Translations under genes and position numbers: made by a program
DNA from: Geosiphon pyriformis uo1
Taxonomy: Eukaryota; Fungi; Glomeromycota
NCBI GenBank assembly: GCA_016748015.1
Contig: JAAOMT010000312.1
Span: 17,935-81,934, forward strand
DNA: 64,000 nt
Direction of reading: 5' to 3'
Part shown: positions 37,060 through 53,338 of the stretch, in pieces
Layout: every line of letters begins with the position of its first letter
Numbering within the stretch: position 1 is the first letter of the stretch
The notes under the pieces: model-generated
What the model was told of the DNA's origin: nothing
What the model saw: the letters and a program-made list of their open reading frames with translations, nothing else
Database searches by the model: none

Positions 37060-40000
37060 TTTGGTGCTCTCCCATAGAAATAACATAGCAACAACAAATT
37101 CAAAGTGGCAACCATACCAGACACAACAACTCTAGAGTATTATCAGTTAATTTACACTCACTGCAAGCAAAAATTCAACATTCCAGACGGAATTGAAGTT
37201 GTCAAGAAATCAGTATACCAATACATTGAAAACTGCATCAACAATTATCTTTTTAGAAACTACAACATTTTAGAAGTTAGAAGCAACCTCTACAATAATT
37301 TGGTGCACTATTCACAATTGGAAACAGAAGACCTGAACAGTAAAACACTTGCCATTTACTTCCAAGAACTTAATTTCAACATTATTGAGTATTGTAAAGA
37401 AAAATACCCAGTACAGTCCAAATACTCACTTAACTTTGAATTAGAAACAGAAATAAGCAACAAAGGCAAACAAAAAGTGAAACAATATTCAAGAACCACT
37501 CCAAACACTCCAACACTACCAAAAACAACTGTCAAACACCTGCAAACACCTGAGCAAAGAACCAGTGTCAAATTACCACTTTCTATTACACCATTTCCAA
37601 TTTCACTTGCTCAACCACAAACACCAAATTCACTACTTAACTGTTTTTCAAGACCAGAAAATTTTCAGTTATCCAAAAGTCCTATTCAACAGCAGGAACC
37701 CATATCAACCAGCACCAATATTATTGATTACCTACAAAAAAACAAAAGTGATCATTCAGAGAACTTGGAAAGTAAGGAAACTAAATTAGAACAAGAAGAA
37801 ACTACAGAAAATAAAAAAAAAATGACAACTGCTTATATTGTAAAAATCCCAGAATTCACTGATAAAAACAATGATACCAGCCCTCAAGAATGGCTTGATA
37901 AAGTACAGAAAGCAGGAAATACAAATGGTTGGAATGCAGCAAGAATGCTCAAAGCAATCTTATACTTTCTCCAAGAAACTACAGAGGAATAGTTTGAAAA
38001 CTTAGAAAAATCATTTGGAAACTAGCAAGCATTCAAAGATGCTTTTTTATAACAATTTACTGACAATAACACCTCTATTACTCTCCACAATTGCTTTTAC
38101 AATATCAAACAAAAAACATCTAAAACTGTTATGACTTATCTTAGAAGATTCAATAAACTTCTTAAACAAATTTAACAATTGGAAACCAATGACTACTATT
38201 CCAATGCCCAGATTCTGGATCAATTTATAGCAGAATTAAAAGACAAACTCATTAAAAAAGTCCATCCACATGCTCCAGAAAACCTAACCACTGCTATTAG
38301 ACATGCAAAAAACTATAAAATAGCAATAGAAGAAGCAAATTACACCAAACTTGTCAATTTAGATATTGGAGAAACCAGCTCAACAGTTGAAGAGAAAATA
38401 AACCAACTCACAAAAAAAGGTTGAAAACTATTTCACAAACCAACAACAACAGCAGCAATAACCACAAAGATATCAACTACTACAATGATACAATCAAAAC
38501 AATTTTGGATCACCATCCAACAACTAATCTTAAAATTGTCATTATTGTGGAATCTCAGAACATTAGAAACAAAATTGCAGAAAATTGCAAAGAGACCAAC
38601 AAAACAGGAGTAATTAATATTACTCTTCACTACAACAATTTTATTACCAACCACTATTACCAACTTATTATTTACCAAGACCACAAAATCAAAACAGTTA
38701 CTATCAACCAGCTCCACAATCAATGCAGCAACAATATCAACAACTTTTATCAATTCAGCAGTATCAGACACCACCCACTTAACAATATCAAGTACTAGCC
38801 AGAAGATTGGTTCAACATAACCAATTCACACCCCAAAATCAATTCAGAATAACAACAACAGAATCAACCCAAATAACCAGTTGGTTCTCCGAAATTCTGG
38901 TTAGCAAAGACCCAATTACTATCACACTCAACCCAGTTATTTTATAATGCCTAAAAAATCGGATTTTCAACAACCTGCTCTTTCTGAAGATGAAATTGTA
39001 GCACCAAAATCAAACTCTTCTAACAATACTATTCTACCAACCCAAATTGCCCAAAATGCCAACCTTTCAGATATATTCCCATTTGAATTTGAAGCAAATA
39101 AATCACCATTTTTGCTTAGCAATGCAATAATCAATGAGCAAAAAGCCATTACTGCTATGTATACTGAAGTTATAGTAAAAGAAAAGCCCATCTGATTAAT
39201 TCTAGACAGTGGATCTGCTGGAAATATTATTACATACCAATTAATGCAACAACTTAATTGAAATGTTGACAGACCAGCCCAAACAGTGATTGTTACAGCA
39301 GATGGTATAAAAAAGACACCAGTAGAAAAAATTGACAACTTTTTATTCACCATTGATGGAATCACCATTCCAGTCAAAGTTTTAGTTATGGATGCACTCT
39401 AATACCAAGTTCTTGTTGGAAATAATTGGCTTTTTAAGGCAAATGCAAACTTGAACTGGGAAACTCAAGAACTAAAAATCTCATATCAAGAACAATACAT
39501 CATAGTACTTGCTACTTGTAATACTTTCAACAAACAATCAAAAAAAGCCCCAGTATTCGAATTTGAGAAAAAGAAAGAAATACCACTTATTAAAACCTAT
39601 ATGGCTCTTGGATTAACATCCAATTGGGCTGAAAAAACAAAACAAAAATTTTTTGAAGAAACCAGAGAATGGAAGAAGATTTGGTATTTTACATTAGAAT
39701 CATGAAAAAAACCATCATACATTCCACTAAAATGCAAAGATTGCAAAAAAAAGCTTTCATCTATGGGAGCCTGTATTTCACCAGAAGAAAAATATGAAAC
39801 TCGCATTTGCTACTTCTGCAAAGCATGACATAAAAAATGATTTGGATTCCCAAAAAGAAGTGGAAAATGGGACAACACATTTTATCTTACATGTGGAGAT
39901 ATGTTACCAAAAGAATACAACTGAATTGATGTTACAATGAGAAGAAGAGTATGTAATCAAACCTGTCAATATGCTCTATCAATTTCGGAAAAAGTTAGAA

Positions 40001-43000
40001 GAGGAACCCCATTCAATGCAGTATACAACAGTGCTCTTAACAAACTGTATCACTATCCTTATGATGCTGAAATGATTTTTGAGTTAGCAATGGCATTAAT
40101 CAATAGAGCCACCCAAGAAGATATCCACCAAATGAAAGAAGCTGAATACATTGAGTATACTATGGAATTAGCTGGATTTGATTATGAAGATGAAGTAGAA
40201 ACTTATTACCAAATTGCAAGTTATACATATCCAACCAAAAAAGCTCAAATTCAACAATTAGAGCAAATGAACATTTAATTATGTAAAAAATGTGTTATGC
40301 TTTGTAATAACCAATGGTGTTTAGAATGCTATGCTCTTAGTATTCCCCTGCCAGATGAAAATAATGAAAATGAAATCGAATTTGGAGTATCTGAACTGGT
40401 AGAAAAACTACCAATCACTCCCATCTATTTTCTTGAAAATCAACTATCTCTACAACTTAAATATTTCAACAACCATGGCCAAGAAATAAAACCAGAAAAA
40501 GCCCATGAAATTGACACAGGATATAACCTCAGATATTCTGGCAAAGACACTTTGGTTTTCCAATCAAAGTCCTTGACAAAAATTAACCTTAAAATTGCTC
40601 TTAAAATTCTACCTAAAGCAATGGTTCAAATTGCATTCAGATCATTATTGGAAAGCAAAGGAATTAATGTTAGAGGAGAAGTTATAGATGCAGGATATAT
40701 TAGAGACATTACTATTATACTACAGAATGAAACAGATAAACCATTCAGTATAGAACATGCTAAAAAAATTACCCAAGCAATTTACCTACTCTTAATCAAC
40801 ATTTCAGGTTTACAATCAGTTAACAACAGAGAAAAATTGAGAAAAAGTGAGAGAAAAATGCAAGGTTTTGGTTCAACTGGACAATTTACAGTACTAGTAA
40901 ACATAGCTCTCAATGCACAGAATGAATCTCACCAGATTCTTCAACTTCTCTAACCAATCACTATTTCATCTTTTGAAGAACATCACGAAATTTACACTTG
41001 CTCAAAACCTACCACTATCCAACAAATTTTTGAATTCAATGAACAAATCTGTTTAAAGCATAAAATCTCAATCCCAAATGTTTATATTCCCAAAGGAATG
41101 AAAAAATTTTGAGTTACATTCTATAACCCCAATAACTATCTTATTGTCTTATTGAACAAATTAGAAATTGGAATTATATACAGTAACATTTTTCAAGATG
41201 AAAACCCTCAAATTGTCTCTAATTTCATCGAAATTATAAAACATATACTACTTCCAAATCCAAACATCATTCTTACTACTGAAAACTATTACCTGTAAGA
41301 AAAAAAACTCTCTCAAATCAACATAGGTCTCTTAGAATCCCAACAACAAAGACAATTAGGACAACTAATAACTGAATTTGCAAATATATTTGCAAGAGAC
41401 AACAATGACCTTGGAAAAACTAATATTGTCCAATACCAGATCCACACAGGAGATGCTCTACCAAAACATCAACAAGCTTATTGAGTGCTATCTGCCAGCC
41501 ACCAATTCATTAGGAAAGAAGTTCAGAGAATGCTCAATAATAGATTGATTCAACCATCAAGAAGTTCTTGGGCCTCATCAGTAGTCCTGGTTAAGAAGAA
41601 AAATGGAAAAATCAGATTTTGTGTTGACTACTGCCAACTGAACAGTATAATAATTGGAGATGCCTATCCTTTTTCAAAAATTGACGACATGCTAGATGCT
41701 TTAGGAAAAGCCAAGTTCTTCTTAACTTTAGACTTAGAAAGTGGATATTGACAAGTCGAAATAGACCCAAAAAATCGGCCCAAAACAGCATTTACTATTC
41801 AAAGAGGAAACTATGAGTTTAATTTTATGCTTTTTGGACTCTGCAATGCACTAACAATATTCCAATGACTCATGAATGTTGTATATAAAAAACTTTTGTG
41901 GCAATCAATAGTTGTCTATTTTGATAACACTAATGTGTACTCACCAAGCTTTAAAGCTTATCTTATTCACCTGCAAGAAGTTTTTCAATGATTACAAAAA
42001 GCAGGATTAAATTTAAACATTGAGAAATATTACTTTAAAAAAACAAATTTAATCTTTCTTGGACACATTGTTAGCAAAAATGGAGTTAAACCAAATCCTG
42101 GAACAATTAGTGCTGTTAAAAACTTTTAAACATCCAGAAATACCACAGAGCTATAAGAATTTGTAGGATTAGCCTCTTACTATCAGAAATTCATAAAAGA
42201 ATTTTCAAAGATTGCCAAACCACTCAAATATTTTACCAACAAAAATGTGCCATATTAATGGACTGAAAAACAACAGAAAGCCTTTGATACTCTTAAGACA
42301 AAATTAACAACAGCCCCAGTTCTTGCTTACTCAGATTTCAACAAACGATTTCAACTAGCTACTGATGCTTCACACATAGCATTTGGTGCCATCCTATCAC
42401 AATTAGATGAAAATGGCCAGGAGCAAGTCATTGCTTATGCTAATAGAACACTCAAACCAACAGAACTCAAATATAGCACAACTGAATTAGAAGCTTCCAC
42501 AGTCATTTGGGCTATTAAACATTTTCAGCAATACCTGAAAAATGGAAAAAAATTTGACATTATAACTGACAATATTGGCCTTAAATGGCTCAATAAAAAA
42601 AAAACTAAACAAAGTACCAAACAGTCTCGATGGAATGACTTTCTAGCAGACTACAAATATATTATATACTGTTATTTATAGAATATAGGAAGTATATTAG
42701 CATATGAATTAGCCAATCAAAAGTAGCTGTAGTAAATGTGGAATTCCAAAATTTCTCTCAAGAGGAATTGCAAGATTCTAGGAATTTCAGAATTTTTGTA
42801 CAAAAAATCGCAAGATTCCAGAATTTCAGGATTTTTTTCAAGAGAAATTGCAGAATTCCAGGAATTCCAGAATTCCTAGTGTAAAGAATTAAGAAATCTC
42901 AATTATATATATATAGCAGTAGTGCTAAAAGCAAAAAGAGACAGAATTCTTTAGTTAGAAATCTCTCAGTTTAGATTTGATCTAAGTAACTTTCTACATT

Positions 43001-44883
43001 ACAAATATCAATAAATAATTATTCACTATCTCAATTCACTTTCCTTTATCAACACTTCATGTTGATAGTAATTTATACTTAACTACACTGGAACAATAGC
43101 TCTTGATCATGGCTATTGATAAGATACTAACTTGCAAATGCCTTGGCTTAATTTTTTTTATCTTTTTTTTATTTTTTTTATTTTTCTTTTCTGTGTTTTG
43201 TTGTGTTTACTAATCGATTAAGAATTAAGTGCTGAATTATTGATGTTAAAGATTGCCTGGTAAAAGATCCCTGTGAGTGGATAGAGCACATAAAAGAATT
43301 ACAGATTACTTACTAGAGGATTGCCAGCCACCAAGCCAAGAAAAAAATTGACAAAATTGCAATTCCAAGAGACTACTGAAAACAACTATTAAATCTCTGT
43401 TCATTATATAAAGAACTCCAACTCAAAACCTTCAGATCACCAACCCAACAGAAACTATTATCAAGAAATTGATTGAGCACCAAGTTACGGATTTGTTATT
43501 TGCTTTGAGACCCCAAATAATTACCTATAACATTTAGTGCTTTCTATAAGGTATAATTCTACAGAGAACCAGCACCAACAGCAATTATTCAAAAGTGGCA
43601 GAACCAGAAAACATAGGAGCAAACCATTTATGATTTGCCAAATCTTTGTTTCAATAGTACAGCTAACAATTAGGATTAAACAATAACCATTTCCCAGCAG
43701 AATCAGTCTTCAATTTTTATGTCAACAATAAAATTACAGACTGTTTAAGAGGAACAGTTAACATCAAATCAGCAAGAGAAACCTTTTATACAGAATTATT
43801 TCAACATACCAGCTTACTAAAAAACCACAGCTTTGTACCAATCATTAAGGAAATCAACCAAACCATTAAAAGATACACTCAACAACAATTCTCTATTACC
43901 TACACAGACAAAGACAAAGAAAGATTACAAATACCAGCAGTAATGCTTAAAAGAATACAGCTACCAACATAGAAAAAAACAAGAATAAAATTACCAACAA
44001 ATCCATCATATCACTATACACCAAGAAACACCATCAACATTTCAGCAACAGATGCATCCACATCAACCACAACATCAACATTTAGACAATTTCTATTTCA
44101 GAGTAAACAAAGAAAAGAAGATTTTTTAGGACCATATGGCGTGTATTTTGAAGGATTTAAGTTATAATTGCTAATGCCATCAGGACTTTGATCTCTGCCA
44201 TCCCAACCAAATTTCAAAACTGCGAGTTCTTGGAAAATAATGGAATTGGAAGGAGAACAGGAAGAAGAGAAAAAAAAATCTGAAGATTAAGAATTTACTT
44301 ACCAGAACCCAATCTCCAAAAACCCAGAAGTTGAAACTCCAAACCTTCAAACTCAGAAAAATCTAAACTTGGAAAATTCGGAAATCAGAACTCCAAATAT
44401 TCAAACACCACCAAATCAAAACAATCCAAACTCTGAGTTAATTAATCAACAACACTTATCTCCAGTAATCATCATTGATCAACCACCAGTTAAACCAATT
44501 CAATAGCAACAAATACCACTACAGCAACTATTACAACAGCCATTTCAACTACCACAACAACCCAACTTAGATCCAATAGCATACACACCAATTGTAAAAC
44601 TTGAAAAATTTACTGGTAAAAAAGATAATACTCAAGTGTAGCTAAATAATGTGGAAAAAGCCATCGCAGCCAATGGATGGAATGATGACAGAGCTATGCA
44701 AGCTATCCTATACTTTCTTCAAGATACTGCTGACTCATGGTATCAAAGCTTGATCAACAAGCCTGTCACCTTTAATGTGTTCAAAACAGAGTTTTTAAGA
44801 TACTTTAGCAACAACAATAGCATTAATTGATTAGCCAATACCTTTATCACTATTAAACAAGAAGAGACTAAAGCTGTCACCAT

Positions 44884-45757
44884 TGTTACAGGTGATTATT
44901 TCTGCTGTCAAATTAAATAACAAACCCATAACTTGGTGCTCAAAGCTAATTGCAGTTGATATTGATCTGAAGGTTTAGTATCTGAAGGTTTTGGTTGAGT
45001 CCTTTGTATAATGAACAGAGATTCAATGGTGTCAATAGTAGATGTGTCTTTCCAAGAGTTTTCCCAATTTTTTTCTCAGCATGGTGGCTGGATTTAGTCT
45101 GGCAGTCGTGCTCTTCTGGTAAGTTATCCAATAATATATATAAAATCCTACCCTTATTTCTGGGTCTTTTACCAAACTATTCTTGACATCAATAACTCAG
45201 CGCTTAATCTTTTAATCAATTAGTATACAACAACAAAATTAAAGAATAAAAGAAAATACAATAAAGAAAAATAAAAGTAAAGAAAGTAAAGAAAATAAGC
45301 CAAGACAATTTGGTCCGTTAGTATCTCATCAATAGCCGTGATCAAGAGCTATTGTTCCAGCATGGTTAAGTATCAATTACTATCAACATAAAGTGTTGAT
45401 AGTGAAGAGTGGATTAAGATATGGAATGATTATTTATTTAATGATTAGTTTCTTGGCTAAGGATTCTGTGATATCGATTCTGTCTTTTCTGTTTCTAATA
45501 CTACTGCTATATATACATAATTGAGATTCCTCAATTCCTTGATTCTTTATAACAGGAATCCTAGAATTCCTGGAATCCTGCAATTCTTTTGAGAGGAATC
45601 CTGGAATTCTGGAATCCTGTAATTCCTCATTGAAAATCCTGAAATTCCTAGAATTCTGCAATTTCTGAGAGAAATTCTGGAATTCCACATTTACTACACT
45701 TACTTCTGATTGGCTAATAATTATGCTAATATAATTCCTATATTTCTATGAGTAACA
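44884..45757 (-). mobile_element. Solo LTR E (A/C-related) inserted antisense in gag of C
   Basis: Reverse-complement LTR with intact TGTTAC/GTAACA ends and 4-bp flanks ccat/tcat. Gag resumes afterwards (VT|MYLECFHRNL). Confidence 0.9.
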
Positions 45758-48700
45758 TCATGTACCTAGAATGCTTCCACAGAAACTTGCACCAAATTCA
45801 GGCTATTCAAGTTGACTATTTTATAGCACCACAAATTTTGAATCAGTTTATTAGAGGATTGCACAGTAGTATCTTCCAATGCATACATCTATTACACCCA
45901 ACAGACCTCCAAGCTGCAGTCAACAATGCCAGAGACTTTGAAGCCACTGAACTCAAAGCTAACCATTCCCAAGCCATTAACCTGGTCATAAATAAATCAT
46001 TTGAATTGGATTCCAAATTGAAGCAATTCAGTGATTCAATCAATCAGTAATTATAGGAATACTTAGCTGACAATCGCACAATTTATCAGCCACTACAGCA
46101 ACACCATAATTTAGGAAATGCGACTTGTTTCCAAAATCAGTAGTGTCTACTATCATCATCAAATCACCCATGGCAGCCTAAGATGCATGTCTGCCACAAC
46201 TGTAGTAAACAAGACCATATCTGAATCAACTGCCATTCTTATAGCAACCCACAATCAGGAAATCAATACAAAAACCCCGATCACAGATTTCAGACCCCAA
46301 ACTATTACCCAAATCAAGATCAATATCAACCCACTTATCTGCCAATAACGCAGCAGCCAATCTATCAACCACCAGTATATCAAGCTCCAATTTATCAGCT
46401 GCAGTCACAAGTAATATATCAATTACCACCATCAGTAATCTATTAACCCCAACAAATTCAAACACCATCTCAGAACTTACCTCAAAACAGAACCCACAGA
46501 CCAAGAATGACACAATAAAGTTGAAGATTGGCAATGGTAATTTACCAACCAATCCCCAGTCTATCCAACCAATCTTTGGGATCATGTCAGCAAAGTACAA
46601 AAACCGGATATAACCAAAACCTGAGTTCTCAGAACTATTTAAGTTTTCTAATTATCCCAGAAAATGCCTCATCCAACAACTTGGAAACAAACCAGAAATC
46701 TCTTACCAACAATATCCCACCAGCCACTGTCACCAATGACAAATTACTCACAGCTATCTTTCTATTTGAATTTGAAAAACTGTCATTCACACTGTTATTC
46801 AGTAGAGCTGTGTTTGAAGAAAAACCAATTACCATTATGTATACTGATGCTAAAATTAATGGCCATTCCATCAAACTGATCTTAGACAGTAAATCAACTG
46901 GCAGCATGATTACAAAACAGTTTATGGACTAATTACATTGCTGAGTTGATCAAACTGCCAATGCAAAGATAATTACAGCTGATGGAACCACTAAGACTCC
47001 AATTGGTAAAATAGATAATCTTCCTATAGAAATCAATGGCATTATTGTACTCATCAAAGTTCTTGTGATGGAAGCAACCCAGTACCAAGCACTTGTTGGT
47101 AATGACTGGCTAGTCAAAACAAATGCTGTACTTGACTAGAACATATAAGAATTACAGCTGAGTCAGAACGGTTGACACATACAGATACTTGCTATGTGTG
47201 GACACTTCAAACTCATCATCATGCCATCAGCCCCACTTATCAAAGTCAAAAAAGAAAAAAAGAAATCTACCTGGGAAGCCTATTAAGTGTTCTGGGCTAA
47301 TAAAGACTCAAATAGCAATGGAGCATTTGGTATCGACAATGAGCTATCACTGATACTCTTTTGGAATGACAAGAGAAAAAAAACACAAAAAGAAGAACCT
47401 ACCTGGAATGCCAACCAAGCCTGGGTAACTGATAATGATCAGGACAAAATAACAACTTGGAAGTGGAAAGAAGATAACAATAAGAAAAAAGAGAAAGAAA
47501 AGGATAAAGGTCCAACACTAATCACCACTTATAGCCCATATGCTTACTCTTCACCACTGCCATCTAACTATCACTGACTGAAATTAGTATGCATAGATTG
47601 TGGCAAGAAATTGTTGTTAATGAGCACATGCTGTGGCAATGATAAGAAATACTCCACAGCAACAAAATTCTATTGTTGCCCATGCATCATAGAATGGTTT
47701 GGATGCCCAAAAAGACAAAAAAAATGGAATAATGAACCTTGTCTTGCATGTGAAACTATTTTGTCTAATAAAAGAATGTGGAATAACATTCCTGGGCAAG
47801 GAGGAACATGTAACAAGACATGCCAGTATATTATCCTGATAAATAACTGGGTATGCAAAGAAACTCCAATTGACAATGCCTAAAAAAGAGTGTTGTAACA
47901 GTTAGAAAAATATCCACATGATGAACATAAAATCTGGAGAATGGTGAGTGCAAAAGCAAAAGACATCACTACCAGAGAGTTATTAGAAATTAAGAATAAC
48001 TCACTCTCACTGCCTGAATCCGAATATGTCCTCACTCTTGACGTCTTTGGTAACATAGAAAATGATCCAAAAGAATTCCATAAATATTACCAGCAATTAG
48101 CACCCACTAGAGAAGAGCAAGAGCAGTATTTGAAGCAGTTGAATACTCGATTATGTCAACACTGCTTAATCCTATGTAACTTTCAATATTGTAATGAGTG
48201 TGATCTCATTTACAATCCACCCACACACATAATCTACACAATCTCAGAAGAAAAAGAACTAGTCAGCAGCTGCACATCAGAATTGAAATTAATTTTCAAT
48301 TCCAATTCAAACTTTGACAATAATGATGACAAAAACAACAGTTCCAGCTCTGCTCAATGTGGCAATGAAAAATATAGCAAGTCAAACTCTGATTCAAACC
48401 CCAAAACATATATTGTACTTCTTGATCTCACCAAAGAACAAAAACTCAGATGGTTTAGTGATAATAATGAAGATATCATACCAGAACACATACATAATAC
48501 TAATGCAGGGTTTGATTTGAGATATTCAGAAAAAAATCCCATCAAATTAAAACCCCATTTATGCACTTGTATTGATCTCAAAATGGCACTGGAAATTCTA
48601 GCAACAATAATGGTTCAGTTAGCATCTAGAAGTAGCTTAGCCAAAAAGGGAATCAACATCAGAGAAGGAATAATTGATGCAGAATACATAGGAAATATCA

Positions 48701-51700
48701 TTGCTATATTACAAAATGACTCGAAAAAGACATATATTATAGATTCAAATGAAAAAATAGCACAAGCAATATTTCTACCTTTAGTAAAAATAGCTCAATT
48801 AGTATCAGTGAGAAACAGAGAAGAATTAGGAATAACAGCAAGAGGAATACAAAAATTCGGATCAACAGATAGAATAGATGTACCAATTAATATGGCAGAA
48901 AAAAAAATTATTAACAAGGGAGAAATTATCTCCGCCCATCAACCAATTTCCATTCCACCATATGACCAGTACATATTAGTTATAAAGAGAAAAGTAAAGA
49001 ATCAAGTTCAGATTTTTGAGGCAGAATCAATACTTTGTGAATCAAGAGAAATTGAATTGGTCAATTTATACATACCAGCAAAGAATCATAGTCACATCAA
49101 AATTCTCATTTACAACAACATGGAAAATATTATCGAAATACCAAAAGGAATCATTATTGGACATTTAACTACTGAAATTGAAAATCAACTGTCAGATACT
49201 ATTCCAGACTTTCCACAACTATGTGAATATGTGGATATCACATCTCAAACCATATATGGATGAGAAGAATGTTATTTGCTCCAGTCAGAACAATTGGAAT
49301 AAATAAACATAAGAAACTTAGATCCACTACAATGTATGCAGCTCAAAATGTTACTCAACAATTTTAATGACATTTTTGCCAGCAAAAACGAATTTGGCAG
49401 AACTGACATCATCCAACATTAAATCAAGATTGGAGATGCAATGCCAATTAAACAGAGAGCATACAAAGTACCACCAGCCAGTCATGAGATCATTTGTTAA
49501 GAAATCAATTGAATGCTTGACAATGGACTAATTCAGCCATCAATGAGCCCATGGTCATTACCAGTGGTACTAATCTGAAAAAAAAATGGAAAAATTTGCT
49601 TTTGTGTAAATGAAGTGACCAAAGGAGATAACTATCTAACACCAAAGATTCAAGAACTGTTTGATGCTTTTGGAGGAAAGAAATGATTCTCGATGCTAAA
49701 CTTAGACAGCGGTTACTGACAAGTAGCCATGAAACCAGAAGACAAAGAGAAAATGGCTTTTACAACTCAAGAAAGAAACTTTGAATTTGAAGTAATGCCA
49801 TTTGGCTTGATGAATGCACCAGCAACATTCCAATAGCTAATGGAAATTGTATATATCAGACTACTATAGAAATCAGTAATTATATACTTGGATGATATCA
49901 ATGTGTTTTCAAAAACATTTGATGATCATCTGCATCATCTCCAACAAGTGTTTGAAAGATTAAAAAGAGCCAGACTAAAGCTAAATATGACCAAATGTTT
50001 CTTTGAAAAAACTGAACTCAAGTTTTTGGGATATGTGGTGAGCAAAGATGGAATCAAAACAAATTCAGACAAGATTAAGATTGTTAAGAACTTTCCAGTA
50101 CTAAATAATTTCACAGAATTGAGAGCATTCTTGTGATTTGCTGGATACTACTGCCACTTTATTAAGAATTTTTTCAAAATAGCTTAACCACTACACCAAC
50201 TCCAAACAAAGAACACCAATATGAATAGACAGAAATACAGCAAAAAGCTTTTGATATATTAAGAAAAAAGCTTATTCAAGCTCCAATACTAATCTATTCG
50301 GATCATAGCAAGCCATTCATAATTACAATTAATACATCTGATTAAGCATTGGGAGCAATACTATCACAGAAAAAACCAGATGGAAGAGAACATTCAGTAG
50401 CATATGCCAGCCAAAGCTTGAGTTCAGCTGAAAAGAACTATGGAACACCAGCATTAGAACACTTAGCAATCTATTGAGCAGTTATGAAATGGAAAAAATA
50501 CTTGAGCCAAAAGTTTGAAATATATATGAATCACAAAGAATTGACTTCAATCCAAAAGCAAAAATTTGAAGACAATTGTCATGCCAGATAGAAAATAAAA
50601 CTTTCACTATTCAATTATATGGTACATTATAAAAAGAAAAAAACAATGGAAATGCTGACAAATTGTCGTGAATAAGACAAATCTAAAAACATTTCAAACC
50701 CAAAAATATAACAAAAGATGAATATACAAAAATACCAACAACTCCAACATTATATAAATACCCAATTGTTCAAAAAAAAATTATCTCAAAAAAAACAAAA
50801 CAACATAAAACAGCAATCAAAACATTTTATTAACCATCAAAATATACTTTACCAGAAAAACAAAAGAAATTCAGATCAACCAACCAGAGTAATCACAGAA
50901 CTGGAGAAAGAGACAATACTATTCAACATATATTCAGATTCAATAGCAGGACATTTTCACAAAAAAGCAACCATGAAAAGAACCAAAAAAAATACTATTG
51001 GCCATCAATATATCCAAACATTATTCAATACATTCAAAGTTGTGATGTTTGTCAAAAAAGAGATAGAGCAAAACTCAATGGACTATTGAGACTGATTAAA
51101 GTGAGACAACCATTCGACCATATCAGAATTGACTTAGTCGGACCATTAACAATCACCAGCAAAAGCAACAGATATATTGCAGTAGCCATAGATAATCTCA
51201 CAAAATGGCCAGAAGCAAAAGCCATTCAAAGAGCAAATGCAGAATCCGTTACTGAATTTGTTCATCAAAAATTGATCTGTTGACACAAATATTCAAAAGA
51301 ACTATTATCAGATCAAAGAACCCACTTTGTGAACAGAACATTGACAGAATTAAGTCAAAGATTTGGAATTAAAAGACCATTGTTATTACCATACCATCTA
51401 CAAACTAATGAATTAGTTGAAAGATTTAACAGAACACTGTGTGAAGCAATTGCCAAGATCAGTTAAAAAAACCAGAACAAGTGGAACTTGTTTATACCAT
51501 CAGTATTATTTGCTTATTGAACAATGAAACAAGACACTACACAAGCAACACCATTTGAATTAGTATACGGTAGAACAGCAACATTACCAGTTGAAATAGA
51601 AGTCAATACTTATTCAGCAGAACCAATAACTGAAGACAATTTTCAGAAAACATTACTAAGAAGAACATATGACTTGATGGAAACATTAGAAAACAAACAG

Positions 51701-53338
51701 CAAAAAGCAGCAGATAACATCCAAAAGTCACAAGAAAAACAAAAAAAAAGACATAATGACCAACTACCAAAGAAACCAGTTAAATTCAAAATTGAAAACA
51801 AAGTACTTCTACATTGTACCAAAGCAGAAAAACAATGAAGTGGAAAATTTGATCCCAAATGGGATAGACCATTTTACATAAAAGAAATTCTTGGAAATGG
51901 AGCTTATAAATTAAGATGGAACAACAAAATCTTAGCCAAAGCAGCACATAGTGATTAACTGAAACCATATTACTATATAGTGTCATCATCCACCAGTAGT
52001 ATTCCACAATTAGGAGTACAGAGAATACTAGTCCAATCAGATAAGATTCCACAAGATCTGGAACCAATCATAATTATTAAAACAAACACGTAAAATTGAA
52101 CAATAAAAAGAGGATATAAAGACATGGTAGACACAACAGAGAACTTCAGAAAAATGAAAATTACCAACAATATTTGCTCACTAGCACAACAAATTTTTCA
52201 ACTGATCCAACAACAAAATATAGAAATTATTATCAATCAACAAATTATTTAATACTGAAATACCAGAAAGATACCCAAATACAAAAGTCAAAAAAAAACA
52301 GAAAACACTATTGACAAAATGGTTCTAAAAATAAAATTAGCAATAGAAGAACCAACAAGTGTCACCACATATCAAAAGTTGACCAGAGAAATGTGAAAAT
52401 GGTGAATACATAAATTTTCAAGAAACTTTTGTTATTTCCACTTGGAACGACACTTGAATATTCAGAATTTATATACAGATAAAACAAAATGATTATTTGA
52501 TACAACAATACTGCAACAACTGGAAAATTTTGTGAGAAAAAACAATCTAACAATACAAGCAAGAGTCATCTATTGATTGCATGCTGGATTCCAAGACAGA
52601 CCAGAAATTTTACTTAATCCGAAAATGGATTCTATTACCCAATTTAAAGAATTACAGAACAAAATAACTCAAGTAATTCTTGAAAAAGAAGTTCAAAAAA
52701 TACTCAAAGACAGAGAATTAGAGTTAGGAGATTTGGGAGATCTCAATGGAGCTTAATATTAAAAAGAAAGGAATAATATTACTCATAGAATATAGAAAGT
52801 ATATTAGCATATGAATTAGCCAATCAGAAGTAGCCATAGTAAATATGGAATTCCAGAATTTTTCTCAAGAGAAATCACAAGATTCCAGAAATTTTAGGAT
52901 TCTTGTATAAGGAATCACAGGATTCCAGAATTCCAGGATTCTCTTCAAAAGAAATTGCAGAATTCCAGGAATTCCAGAATTTCTAGTGTGAAGAATTGAG
53001 AAATCTCAATTATGTATATATAGCAGTAGTGCTAGAAGCAGAAAAAGACAGAATTCTTTAGTTAGAGATCTCTCAGTTTAGATTTGATCTAAGCAACTTT
53101 CCACATCACAAATATCAATAAATAATTATTTACTATCTCAATCCACTTTCCTTTATCAACACTTCATGTTGATAGTAATTCATACTTAACTACACTGGAA
53201 CAATAGCTTTTGATTACAGCTATTGATGGAATACTAACTTGCAAATGCCTTGGCTTAATTTTTTTTATCTTCTTTTTATTTTCTTTAATTTTTTTTCTGT
53301 GTTTTGTTGTGTTTACTAATCAATTAAGGATTAAGTGC